DNA of 64,000 bases from a virus. The notes below the pieces were generated by a model. The model ran no database searches and had not been told where the DNA came from. It saw only the letters and a program-made list of their open reading frames with translations. Shown here piece after piece: positions 29,377 through 37,946 of the stretch (the stretch's first letter is position 1; each line of letters opens with the position of its first letter). Position numbers and translations under genes: made by a program. Location of the stretch: positions 316,878-380,877 of the IMG/VR virus record IMGVR_UViG_3300025030_000039. One strand, 5' to 3'.

Positions 29377-29448
29377 TACTCCTACTGGGAATCGAACCCA
29401 GATTTAAAGATTAGAAATCTTTTATTGTATCCATTCAATTATAGGAGC
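29377..29448 (-). tRNA. tRNA-Arg (anticodon UCU)
   Basis: GCTCCTA TA ATTGAATGGATACAAT A AAAGA TTTCTAA TCTTT AAATC TGGG TTCGATT CCCA GTAGGAGT. Confidence 0.7.
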
Positions 29449-29519
29449 ATTTTAATAATTTATATTTGTGAAAAATAAGTTAATTACTCTATCAATAAAT
29501 TAAATAACTTATAATACCT

Positions 29520-29940
29520 AGAAATTGAAACCGTTCAAAAATTGAATACTCAAAAGTATTCTACCGTTTATTTGAATAAAAATTCGGCAAAAAAGGTCAT
29601 GATTCCGAGATTAAAGTGCAGAAATACATCCGAATTAGCACTTAACTTGATGAGGTACAAGTTAAACCCATGTGATATAGCTCATTTGCAAAGCTGTACT
29701 GACGTCTTTTCATATGGAAAACCCGTATGAAATACATAGTAACTGACATCTTAAATATTTTATAATCTATATAATTCATAATATCAAAGAACGGTTTCAA
29801 CTTCATCATCGGTATCCCACTAAGTAGGGAAACTTTTTAACTTTTCGACAGTTAACATCGTTTACATGTTTCGCTAGTAACCTACGACACACTGATGCGT
29901 TCAGTAGAGACGCCATTAATTAACCTTAATGGGAAGGTTA
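29520..29940 (-). ncRNA. candidate structured non-coding RNA (about 420 nt, GC-enriched island)
   Basis: Non-coding and clearly more GC-rich than flanks. It is preceded (gene sense) by a promoter motif copy at 29959-29972 and followed by tRNA-Arg. Many complementary segments, for example GAAACCGTTC...GAACGGTTTC. Family not recognised. Confidence 0.35.
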
Positions 29941-29958
29941 TAATAAATTAATATTATG

Positions 29959-29972
29959 TGTAAATATAATAA
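29959..29972 (-). promoter_or_regulatory. recurrent promoter-like motif
   Basis: TGTAAATATAATAA. Confidence 0.45.
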
Positions 29973-30043
29973 TTAAGTTTTACAAATTAAAATATTTATG
30001 ATCTTTTTTCAAAATAATTTTAAATGAAAATTTAATTAAATAT

Positions 30044-30394
30044 TTATAAAAAATGAAAAGGGTTATTATCATTTAAATCATCAGTATAAAGATTTTTATC
30101 ATCAACTTTAACATTTTCTTCAATATTTAAATCCTCTTCTGAAAATTCATCTTCTTTTATATTTTCATCAATATGATATAAACCGATAATACAATCTTCT
30201 CTCTTTCTTCTATATGATTCAAAATAATCAGAATCTACAGGTATACATTTATGAATTATATCTTCAGTTATAAGTGTATAACTTGATTCATCATAAACTA
30301 CACCAGGATCTCCAAAATAATAACCTACTTTACCTTTTTCTTTATATTGCAAAACTCTGGGACCTGTTCTTCCCATTCCATCTGCATCATACAC
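30044..30394 (-). CDS. hypothetical acidic protein; frame stays open about 130 nt upstream to an A7 tract
   Basis: See the frameshift finding. Confidence 0.35.
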   Translation of the reverse strand: MYDADGMGRTGPRVLQYKEKGKVGYYFGDPGVVYDESSYTLITEDIIHKCIPVDSDYFESYRRKREDCIIGLYHIDENIKEDEFSEEDLNIEENVKVDDKNLYTDDLNDNNPFHFL

Positions 30395-30526
30395 ATATAA
30401 AGCATCTTTTATTAAAATATATTCTGCACTTACGAATTTAAATTGAATTTCATTATAAACTTCAGGATAAAATTTCTTTAAATATTCAGATTGAAATTTT
30501 AATTTTTTTCTAATATTTCAGTATGA

Positions 30527-31054
30527 CTACTCATTATATTTTTTATTAAAAAGTTTTGTTGCTATTTTTAAACCTTCATTTTTATAATCAATATCTTTTC
30601 CTGATTTATAAACTCCAAATAGTCTCCATCTTTCATAATTAATCATATAATTTAATCTTTTTTTACTTAGATATTTATATAAAGTATTTAAATTTAAAAT
30701 GTTATTTCTTTTAAAGATTTTAATACATTCTATTTCATTAAAAGTAAATTCAAAATGATCATATATCTTTTTAATAGATTTAACATTAATATTAAAAAAA
30801 TTATTATAAGGTTTTTTATCTTTATTTAATTGAGTTTCCTGATAAATTTTTATTTTTTCTTTATTTTTATCTCTCCATTTCTCTTGATAATTTAAATCAT
30901 GTTCACGTTTATCTTTAATTGTATATCTTAAAGCTCTTTGTTCATGACCACATTTTATACATTTACATTGTATACTTGATTTATATTTATACATTGAAAA
31001 AGTAGTAAAACCATGCACTTTACATTCTTTTTGTATTTCTCCTATTTTCATCAT
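30527..31054 (-). CDS. zinc-finger protein (homing-endonuclease-associated?)
   Basis: Start placed at MMKIGEIQ because the ORF-track start at 31144 overlaps tRNA-Asp. Contains CKCIKCGH. Confidence 0.35.
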   Translation of the reverse strand: MMKIGEIQKECKVHGFTTFSMYKYKSSIQCKCIKCGHEQRALRYTIKDKREHDLNYQEKWRDKNKEKIKIYQETQLNKDKKPYNNFFNINVKSIKKIYDHFEFTFNEIECIKIFKRNNILNLNTLYKYLSKKRLNYMINYERWRLFGVYKSGKDIDYKNEGLKIATKLFNKKYNE

Positions 31055-31065
31055 TAAAAAATTTG

Positions 31066-31142
31066 CGGACTTAATCAGATTCGAACTGACCTGTTTTTCC
31101 TGAGTGACAGTCAGGTGGCCACACCAAGCAACCCCTAAGTCC
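31066..31142 (-). tRNA. tRNA-Asp (anticodon GUC)
   Basis: GGACTTA ... CCTGA CTGTCAC TCAGG ... GTCAG TTCGAAT CTGAT TAAGTCC G. The D region is atypical. Confidence 0.6.
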
Positions 31143-31143
31143 A

Positions 31144-32067
31144 TTATGCTATAAATACCTTTTCATTATTTTTAAATACTAATTTTCTTCCTTTAATCCA
31201 ACCTTTATTTATCCATTCATAAACTTCTTCTTTTTTTACTCTTATAGATTTCTTCTCTTCTAAATTATGTATCCAACACTTTCCATACTGACTATTTCTT
31301 GAACCTAATTGAGATATTTTATTTGCTTTACTTATTTTTTCTCGATGCTCTTTAGCTAATTTACGTCCTATTTGAATTCCAACTAATTCACCTGATAAAT
31401 ATCTTGGATCATCTACATTTACCCAAAATTTATTTCCGTCTTTATCTTTTACACTTGTTTTATGTTTCATTATTCCAACTAATTCACTACTTAAAACTCT
31501 AGAATCATTTAAACGACATCTAATAATATTATTATTTTTATCTTTATATAAAGAAAAATATTTACTTTGATATTGATATTCACCTGATTTTAATTTTATA
31601 TTATTTACATCACATTTAAAAGAATTTCCTTCTTTATCTATAACATTGACTTTTCCTATACTTATAGGGAAATATTCATTATTATATCTTGAATCACTTT
31701 TTAACATTAATGTTTTATTATTTTTTTTATCTTTAACTAATACCAATCCTTTAGTATTCCAACCATAACCACCTAACATAATATTATAAACATCTTTTCT
31801 TTTAACAAACTCTTCATTTACTAACTCAGCCTCTTTAGCAAACATCTCTTCAAATGTATCAAAATTATAAAGAACTATACGTTCAAAATTGTCTATTCCA
31901 TACTTCTTAAATGCCTTATGCAAATAAGTACCTGATCCCATATAACCATCTTCCAACTTATCCGTCTGATGACAGCCTATATAAATTTTATTGTTAATTT
32001 TATTAATAATTTCATAAACTATATTATACTTACTCATACCAATGATATATTTTATTTTATATATCAT
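31144..32067 (-). CDS. GIY-YIG homing endonuclease (Seg/I-TevI-like) with NUMOD-like C-terminus
   Basis: YNIVYEIINKINNKIYIGCHQTD...G(x)GTYLHKAF...NFERIVLY is the GIY-YIG module. C-terminal KISKANKISQLG-type repeats. Confidence 0.6.
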   Translation of the reverse strand: MIYKIKYIIGMSKYNIVYEIINKINNKIYIGCHQTDKLEDGYMGSGTYLHKAFKKYGIDNFERIVLYNFDTFEEMFAKEAELVNEEFVKRKDVYNIMLGGYGWNTKGLVLVKDKKNNKTLMLKSDSRYNNEYFPISIGKVNVIDKEGNSFKCDVNNIKLKSGEYQYQSKYFSLYKDKNNNIIRCRLNDSRVLSSELVGIMKHKTSVKDKDGNKFWVNVDDPRYLSGELVGIQIGRKLAKEHREKISKANKISQLGSRNSQYGKCWIHNLEEKKSIRVKKEEVYEWINKGWIKGRKLVFKNNEKVFIA

Positions 32068-32094
32068 TAATAGTTCGAGTAAATTATTCGAGGA

Positions 32095-32231
32095 TGGCCG
32101 AGAGGGGATTCGAACCCCTGATGTTATCGTGACAAGATAAGACTTTATCCATTTATTCTGTAATAACTTTGAGTCCTATTGAGTAGGTAATTTATAAGTT
32201 ATCTGTGAACTTATTACTAAGCTACTCGGCC
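32095..32231 (-). tRNA. atypical 137-nt tRNA-like gene (Asp-like 3' half, anticodon GUC) with 68-nt insertion after the D arm
   Basis: 5' GGCCGAG TA GCTT AGTAAT AAGT pairs perfectly with the 3' CTCGGCC. The 3' half TTATC TTGTCAC GATAA CATC AGGGG TTCGAAT CCCCT is canonical. The insert contains ACTCAAAGTTATTACAGAATAAA. Confidence 0.45.
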
Positions 32232-32301
32232 ATTTTATCGTCTTTCCGATTGTCATTACATTTTTCCATCTTACGACTTACAGTATAATACTGGTACCAT
32301 T

Positions 32302-33000
32302 TTAAATATTATATTCCTTTTTAAATTCTATTTTTTGTTTTCTATTTTGAAAATCTTTTAATATATTTAAATTTATTAAATCTTCATCTATTAAAATTTT
32401 TAATTTACAGGGAAAATTATTCCATTTTGCTAAATCTTTTAATGTAACGTATCCTTTAATTTCAATATAAATTTTTTCATCTAATAAAAAGAAATCAGGT
32501 CTATATCTTCGAGTTTTTCCTTCATATTCATATTCAAATGTAATATAAGGCCTTTCCCATTTAATATTATTTTCATCTAAATATTTAGCATAAAGATATT
32601 CCCATTTTACTTGTAATTTTATTCCATTATATTCATAATAATTTTTTTTAGAAAAAGATGTATGCCATTCTCCATTTTTTATTCTTTCATTTATTTTATC
32701 AGATATTTTTTGTTTATGTTCTTTTGTTAATTCTGTATTTTTAGAATGATGTTTAAATAATCCTTCTTTTAAATGTTTCGTTAATGTTTCACCACATCTT
32801 TTAACTCTTTCATCAGTATCTTTAGTTAAACCTTTATTCCAAATTATTCTACCTTTTTTATATCCGGCATTAGGATCATGATTTCTACCTTCTCCATGCA
32901 TTTTCCAAATATGTGATCCTATTCCATAAATTGAATATTCTTTATTACATATTAAACATTTACATTTTCCGTTATCTAATTTTACATATTGTTTATCCAT
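32302..33000 (-). CDS. homing-endonuclease-like protein: C2H2 zinc finger plus PD-(D/E)xK-like C-terminal domain
   Basis: CKCLICNKEYSIYGIGSHIWKMH, then WEYLYAKYLDENNIKWER...YRPDFFLLDEKIYIEIKGY (D...E.K). Confidence 0.45.
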   Translation of the reverse strand: MDKQYVKLDNGKCKCLICNKEYSIYGIGSHIWKMHGEGRNHDPNAGYKKGRIIWNKGLTKDTDERVKRCGETLTKHLKEGLFKHHSKNTELTKEHKQKISDKINERIKNGEWHTSFSKKNYYEYNGIKLQVKWEYLYAKYLDENNIKWERPYITFEYEYEGKTRRYRPDFFLLDEKIYIEIKGYVTLKDLAKWNNFPCKLKILIDEDLINLNILKDFQNRKQKIEFKKEYNI

Positions 33001-33064
33001 GATATATTTATTTTATATATCATGTTAACTCTTGTGCTCTAGCAAATGTAATTTATTAAAATTG

Positions 33065-33136
33065 CTGGGATGAAGGGAATCGAACCCCTATCGATGCGTT
33101 AACAGCGCACAGCTCGGACCATTGAGCTACATCCCA
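33065..33136 (-). tRNA. tRNA-Asn (anticodon GUU)
   Basis: TGGGATG TA GCTCAATGGTCCGAGC T GTGCG CTGTTAA CGCAT CGAT AGGGG TTCGATT CCCTT CATCCCA G. Confidence 0.75.
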
Positions 33137-33170
33137 ATATTTATTTTCAATGAACTAATATGTAAATATA

Positions 33171-33184
33171 ATAAAAAAGTAATT
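33171..33184 (-). promoter_or_regulatory. recurrent promoter-like motif upstream of tRNA-Asn
   Basis: TGTAAATATAATAA about 35 nt upstream (gene sense) of the tRNA 5' end. Confidence 0.45.
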
Positions 33185-33230
33185 AATAAAAAAATCCAGC
33201 ATGTCAAAGAACCATTTAAACGAAAAAATC

Positions 33231-33259
33231 CAACTTGTTAGGTTGGATTCTTTAATATT
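33231..33259 (-). terminator. rho-independent terminator (minus strand)
   Basis: AATCCAAC TTGTTAG GTTGGATT followed on the minus strand by TTTTTTCG. Confidence 0.55.
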
Positions 33260-33368
33260 ATTTATATTGTTAACATTAAGCCCAACTCGATTGGATGATA
33301 TTATTATCATCTCTTCTATTGTCTATTATGTTAACTAAATTAATCATGTTCAAAAATTTATTATTATA

Positions 33369-33382
33369 TGCAAATATAATAA
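33369..33382 (-). promoter_or_regulatory. recurrent promoter-like motif (TGCAAATATAATAA variant; gene-sense TATATTTG)
   Basis: Followed (gene sense) by about 100 nt containing only a 23-codon ORF, then the terminator at 33231-33259. This looks like a tiny independent transcription unit. Confidence 0.4.
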
Positions 33383-33411
33383 AATGTTTCGCTTTGGTAA
33401 TAAATTTATTT

Positions 33412-33630
33412 TTAGATATCATTTAAATTAGATTTACCTTCGCAGTTATCAGATTTAGCAACCATATTATCTCTTTTATCAATTATAGATTTAATTGATT
33501 CTTCTAATTTAAGACATTCAAATCCTTTTGATCCGCAACCTACATATTTACAACAATTTTTACCTTGTCCTATTTTACAAACCTCTTTTATATGATTATT
33601 CATTTTTAATAATTTTAAGTTGTTGTTCAA
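33412..33630 (-). CDS. small Cys-rich protein
   Basis: CKIGQGKNCCKYVGCGSKGFEC. Confidence 0.35.
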   Translation of the reverse strand: MNNNLKLLKMNNHIKEVCKIGQGKNCCKYVGCGSKGFECLKLEESIKSIIDKRDNMVAKSDNCEGKSNLNDI

Positions 33631-34144
33631 TATAATTAGCTATTTCAATACATTCTTCATCTTGTATCCAATAAAAATCTATTCCATTAATAGTTACTGA
33701 AAAATCAGAATCAGTTGGATCAAGAACTACATTTGTTAAACTTACAACTGGATTGTGTCTTTCTTTATCTTGCTTTTCCCATCGTTCTTCAAATTTACTA
33801 ATAACAGAAGGAACTTTGCTTATTTTATTTAATTTTTTTAATGCCTCTGATTGATTTTCTTTTGGTTTTATAGGCCAATGATTATCATAATTAAAAAATT
33901 CGGTTGATTTTCTAGTAAGTCCATGAGTTATTTTTAATTCTAAACCACTCCAATCTGTAATTTTATTATAATTTTTTAAAATAAAAATTTTAGCACTATT
34001 AGCAACTATAACTAATGCACTAGTATATTTACTATATGTTTCATAAAAATCTTTATCAGTCCAAAATTCTGTAGATTTATAAGCATTCTCAAAATCTTCT
34101 TCTGATGTAAAACACGGAACAAATGAAGGTGAAAAATTACTCAT
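33596..34144 (-). CDS. hypothetical protein
   Basis: ORF only. Confidence 0.35.
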   Translation of the reverse strand: MSNFSPSFVPCFTSEEDFENAYKSTEFWTDKDFYETYSKYTSALVIVANSAKIFILKNYNKITDWSGLELKITHGLTRKSTEFFNYDNHWPIKPKENQSEALKKLNKISKVPSVISKFEERWEKQDKERHNPVVSLTNVVLDPTDSDFSVTINGIDFYWIQDEECIEIANYIEQQLKIIKNE

Positions 34145-34649
34145 TAATTTTATTCGCTAAATTAGTCATTAAATTATTCATTTCATTTGTTGGTTCTTTA
34201 CTACCATTTTTAAGTGCTTCTAATTCTTCATCAAATATAATAAATGGATCTTTTGTTATAGATGGAAATCCATTTGCTATTCCTTCTGCATCGAGTTCAT
34301 TTATATTTAATAAAAAATCTTCAATAATTAATGGACATCCTTCATACTGTAAAATAGGATAAAAAGAAGCTTCTATATAAACAGTATCTCTACGTAAAAC
34401 TTTTAAATCTTTAAAAGATTCATGATTATTTATTTGTTTAGTTATTTCTTCTTGTTGATCAGACCATGATGTAGGACCATCTTTTAATAAAAGTTTAATA
34501 ACTTTATATTCTTCATCCATCCATACATATCTAAGTCTTCCTAACAATGGATATTTTTTTTCAGGATCATGAGGTTGAGCCCAATTTATACAGGCTAATA
34601 AATATTTTCCTAGAGGATGTGGTTTAACAACCATATTAAACATTGACAT
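34137..34649 (-). CDS. hypothetical protein
   Basis: ORF only. Confidence 0.35.
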   Translation of the reverse strand: MSMFNMVVKPHPLGKYLLACINWAQPHDPEKKYPLLGRLRYVWMDEEYKVIKLLLKDGPTSWSDQQEEITKQINNHESFKDLKVLRRDTVYIEASFYPILQYEGCPLIIEDFLLNINELDAEGIANGFPSITKDPFIIFDEELEALKNGSKEPTNEMNNLMTNLANKINE

Positions 34650-34655
34650 AATAAT

Positions 34656-35012
34656 TTATTTTAAATTTATTAAACTGTATGTAGTATTATCAGAATTTAA
34701 AAAATATCCACTATTAAAAAGTTTAAGAATATTTTCTTTTTTAATATCTATTATAATATTATGATCATTATATTTATACATTTTATAATAAATAGAATCT
34801 ATATCATATATTAAAAATAGCTGTCTATCATTTTTAATTAAACATAAAAATGTTCCAACTGGAATATTATACTGTGTATAAGTTACTAGTTCATTATTTT
34901 CATTAAACGATTCACCTAAAAATCTTATATTAGATTTATGTAATTCTTTAGCAGTTGGACCGCAAGATATAAATAAAACACCAACTAAAAGTATTAAAAT
35001 ATATTTATTCAT
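34656..35012 (-). CDS. lipoprotein
   Basis: Likely start at MNKYILILLVGVLFISCGPT (lipobox). The ORF-track N-terminal extension to 35120 overlaps 35005..35271. Confidence 0.4.
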   Translation of the reverse strand: MNKYILILLVGVLFISCGPTAKELHKSNIRFLGESFNENNELVTYTQYNIPVGTFLCLIKNDRQLFLIYDIDSIYYKMYKYNDHNIIIDIKKENILKLFNSGYFLNSDNTTYSLINLK

Positions 35013-35267
35013 AATTAAAATATCTAATGTTTCGTTTATAATGAATTTTTTTAACCATTTTTGATAATAAAAGATATTGTATAATATTTTTATAATTTTT
35101 ATAATGAGCATTACCATCAAACATATAATGACTATTATTTAAGCATTTTTTATTTTTGTCTATAATTCGTTTTACATCTCTCTGTATTATACCTTCAGGA
35201 TTTTTTTTAATCTCCTCATACACAATCATAGCTGCTTCAAAATTTTCTTTTCTTAATTTTGGTATCA

Positions 35268-35624
35268 TCAATTAAGTTTTTCTATTTCTCGATTAATCAT
35301 CATTCTTGATACTGGTTCATATGCTCTTAATAAAACATAATGAAATATTCCAGATATACAAATTATAGCAAAACATACTATTATATAATCAATTATACTA
35401 ATAAATGTAATTGGTAAAATATTAACCTTATCATAAATAAATATTGATGAAATAATTAATATCCAATGACTTAAACACCATGGACAGTGAATTAATTCTT
35501 CTATTTTAGGATGTATTTTAGACAATAATTCTCTTAACCATTTAAAAATACTAGTAAAAGTAATTGTAAAAGATATTGCTGATAAACAACATGCAATAAT
35601 AAAAATATTTGATAATGTATCCAT
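35268..35624 (-). CDS. membrane protein
   Basis: Four hydrophobic helices. Confidence 0.35.
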   Translation of the reverse strand: MDTLSNIFIIACCLSAISFTITFTSIFKWLRELLSKIHPKIEELIHCPWCLSHWILIISSIFIYDKVNILPITFISIIDYIIVCFAIICISGIFHYVLLRAYEPVSRMMINREIEKLN

Positions 35625-35625
35625 A

Positions 35626-35865
35626 TTAACGTAAAGTTTTATCTCCTCTTTCTATACTTTTTATATAATCTCCGCTTTGTAATAAAGAATCATAAGGAAC
35701 AATTCTTTCAACTTTAGTTTCATAACAGCCACAACCACAACAAGATTTATATAAAAGAACTACAGTACGATGTGTTTTTTGTTCTTTAATTTTATCATAT
35801 TCATCAAGAACAGATGATGAATTGTTTTTACCCTTTTGATCTTTTTTTACTTGTAATTGTTCCAT
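35626..35865 (-). CDS. small Cys-rich protein
   Basis: CCGCGCY. Confidence 0.3.
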   Translation of the reverse strand: MEQLQVKKDQKGKNNSSSVLDEYDKIKEQKTHRTVVLLYKSCCGCGCYETKVERIVPYDSLLQSGDYIKSIERGDKTLR

Positions 35866-35866
35866 A

Positions 35867-36997
35867 TTAAAAATTATGTTGATTTATTAATGTATTTACA
35901 GCTTCTTTTATATCACTAAGTATTATTCCTTTAGTTGTAGTATCGTCTTTAATATATCTAGATAATGAATTTTTAGTTGCAAATTTTACAATTGATTGAG
36001 CCATAGCACCATCTATTTTATCTTTTAATTTAGATTCAAAAATAAGTTTACTACCAGTAGTAGATAATTTATTAATTGTATCTATACATAAAACTTTATT
36101 TAAATGAATATTTAAAATATCGGAAAAATCACTTTCAATTGGTCGTTTTATATTTAATCTTAAATCTATTCTACCATCTCTTAATATTGCGGGATCAAGT
36201 GATCTTTCTAAATTAGTTGATAAAACAATTAACGGTTTTATTTTATTTAATCCATCCATTTCAGCTAAAAATGAAGGAACAACAGAAAAACTTTTATATA
36301 AACTATCACTTCTATGACTTAATAAAGCTTCAGCTTCATCTATAAAAATTACACCTTGTTTACCGGTTTTTTCTGTATATTTTCTAGATCTTTTAAAAAT
36401 ATTAGATACAATTTTTTCAGATTCACCTACATATTTATCTAAAATATCTCCACCTTTAATTGATATAAATGCATCTTTATTAACGTTTTTTTCTTTTAAA
36501 ATTGTATATCCTATAGCTTTTGCTATTAATGTTTTTCCGCAGCCTGAAGGTCCATATAATAAAATACCATTAAGTGGTTCTAATCCAAACTTTTTAACTA
36601 AATCAGGATGTTTTAATGGAATTTCAATTGCATCTCTAACAAGTTGTATTTGATCTTTTAATCCACCTATTTCTTCCCATTTAATAAGAGAAATATTTTC
36701 TTCTGGAATAAATTTATTAAGAGATTCTGGAATAACTTCAACAATAGTATCTTTAAGTATCATTACTTCGGTACCTTCTTTAATAGATAATTTTTGTTTA
36801 GAATCTATAGATTCTAAAATTGCTGGAATAATACTTTCGCCTGATCCAGTATCTACCCTATAAAAATTTATACCTCCTACTATATAAGATTTAGAAGTTA
36901 TAGTTCCAATACTTCTCGATTCTTTTTTTAAAGTATCAAGTATTTCTTCATACTTTTTAATTTTTTCTTCTAATTTCTTTATAACTTCAACACTCAT
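35867..36997 (-). CDS. classic AAA ATPase, proteasomal-ATPase (PAN/ARC/Mpa)-like with N-terminal coiled coil
   Basis: WEEIGGL, Walker A LLYGPSGCGKT, Walker B VIFIDEAEAL, SRH with LDPAILRDGRID. N-terminal heptad coiled coil. Confidence 0.55.
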   Translation of the reverse strand: MSVEVIKKLEEKIKKYEEILDTLKKESRSIGTITSKSYIVGGINFYRVDTGSGESIIPAILESIDSKQKLSIKEGTEVMILKDTIVEVIPESLNKFIPEENISLIKWEEIGGLKDQIQLVRDAIEIPLKHPDLVKKFGLEPLNGILLYGPSGCGKTLIAKAIGYTILKEKNVNKDAFISIKGGDILDKYVGESEKIVSNIFKRSRKYTEKTGKQGVIFIDEAEALLSHRSDSLYKSFSVVPSFLAEMDGLNKIKPLIVLSTNLERSLDPAILRDGRIDLRLNIKRPIESDFSDILNIHLNKVLCIDTINKLSTTGSKLIFESKLKDKIDGAMAQSIVKFATKNSLSRYIKDDTTTKGIILSDIKEAVNTLINQHNF

Positions 36998-37010
36998 ATA
37001 AATTTATTTT

Positions 37011-37024
37011 TGTAAATATAATAA
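37011..37024 (-). promoter_or_regulatory. recurrent promoter-like motif
   Basis: TGTAAATATAATAA just upstream (gene sense) of the AAA ATPase ATG. Confidence 0.45.
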
Positions 37025-37034
37025 AAAAGAATTA

Positions 37035-37066
37035 AAATAAAAAAGGAATTAAAAATTTTAATTCCT
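37035..37066 (-). terminator. rho-independent terminator (minus strand) after tRNA(CAU)
   Basis: AAGGAATTAAAAATTTTAATTCCTT followed by TTTTTTATTTT on the minus strand. Confidence 0.5.
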
Positions 37067-37071
37067 TTTTG

Positions 37072-37144
37072 TAGCGAGAGAAGGATTCGAACCTTCGACC
37101 TTATGGGTATGATTCATATGCTCTGCCAACTAAGCTACCTCGCC
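37072..37144 (-). tRNA. tRNA with CAU anticodon (Met/Ile2), copy 2
   Basis: GGCGAGG TA GCTTAGTTGGCAGAGC A TATGA ATCATAC CCATA AGGTC GAAGG TTCGAAT CCTTC TCTCGCT A. The anticodon stem has one mismatch. Confidence 0.6.
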
Positions 37145-37178
37145 ATATTAAAAAAGAGTTATTACTAACTCTTTAATA

Positions 37179-37511
37179 TTATGATAACGCTGGATTTTCA
37201 TCAAATAATAATTTGTATAATTCAACACCTTCTTCATGTGCTAAAGTAGCTTCTTTTACTGCAAGACTTGCAGTAAGAATTTCGTTAAAATTTGTACCAT
37301 TTTTAGCATTTTCAATAGTTTTCTTGAAATTTGCATTTGTAGCTCTTACTACATTTTTTCTTTTAATAATTACGCTTTCGGCATCAATTCTTAATTCATC
37401 AAATGCGCCTTTTGCTGCCTCTTTTGCAATTGTGTCTTTGTCTTTACTCCATAAAGAAATTAAGTCAAATTTTTCTACTGTTTTTTCTACTGTTTTTTCC
37501 ATAATTTTCAA
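37179..37511 (-). CDS. hypothetical protein
   Basis: ORF only. Confidence 0.35.
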   Translation of the reverse strand: MKIMEKTVEKTVEKFDLISLWSKDKDTIAKEAAKGAFDELRIDAESVIIKRKNVVRATNANFKKTIENAKNGTNFNEILTASLAVKEATLAHEEGVELYKLLFDENPALS

Positions 37512-37531
37512 TTTTATTGTTAAACTTAAAT

Positions 37532-37864
37532 TTATAATTTATATCTTAATATCATTAATCTTCTATATATTGATTTTTGATTTGAAATTATTGTCCATTC
37601 TCTAAAAAACTTAGGATCAACTTCAATTTCATCACCAACATTTTTAATATCCTTTACAGAAAATCCACATAATGATGTTAAAGATCCATCTTCTTTTAAA
37701 CGTATAGGTACTTTAATATCAGTTAATTTAATTTTAATTAAATTATTTTTAATATTATCAACATCTATAACCTTTGCTATTATAATCTTTCCTAAATCTG
37801 TAAAATTATATTCTATAGAATTTTTATAAGGAATTATCATATCTCCTACTCCAAATTTTTCCAT
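37532..37864 (-). CDS. hypothetical protein
   Basis: ORF only. Confidence 0.35.
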   Translation of the reverse strand: MEKFGVGDMIIPYKNSIEYNFTDLGKIIIAKVIDVDNIKNNLIKIKLTDIKVPIRLKEDGSLTSLCGFSVKDIKNVGDEIEVDPKFFREWTIISNQKSIYRRLMILRYKL

Positions 37865-37946
37865 TTTTATTTCTATTATGTAAATATAATAATAAAGTTT
37901 TAATTATATTTTAAAATTATTATTCATCAGTTCCCATATTTTAATT

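Noticed and set aside
29520-29940. RNase P RNA or group I intron interpretation of the GC-rich island
   Set aside because: No ACAGAA/AGGGCA-type P4/CR motifs of RNase P RNA were found. The region does not interrupt a gene (it lies between a stop codon/promoter and a tRNA), so an intron is unlikely. Kept only as an unclassified ncRNA candidate.
35005-35271. ORF 35005..35271 (-) overlapping the N-terminal extension of 34656..35120
   Set aside because: A 115-nt out-of-frame overlap. The lipoprotein signal peptide (MNKYILILLVGVLFISCG) gives a natural later start for the downstream gene. 35005..35271 may still be real but I could not support it.
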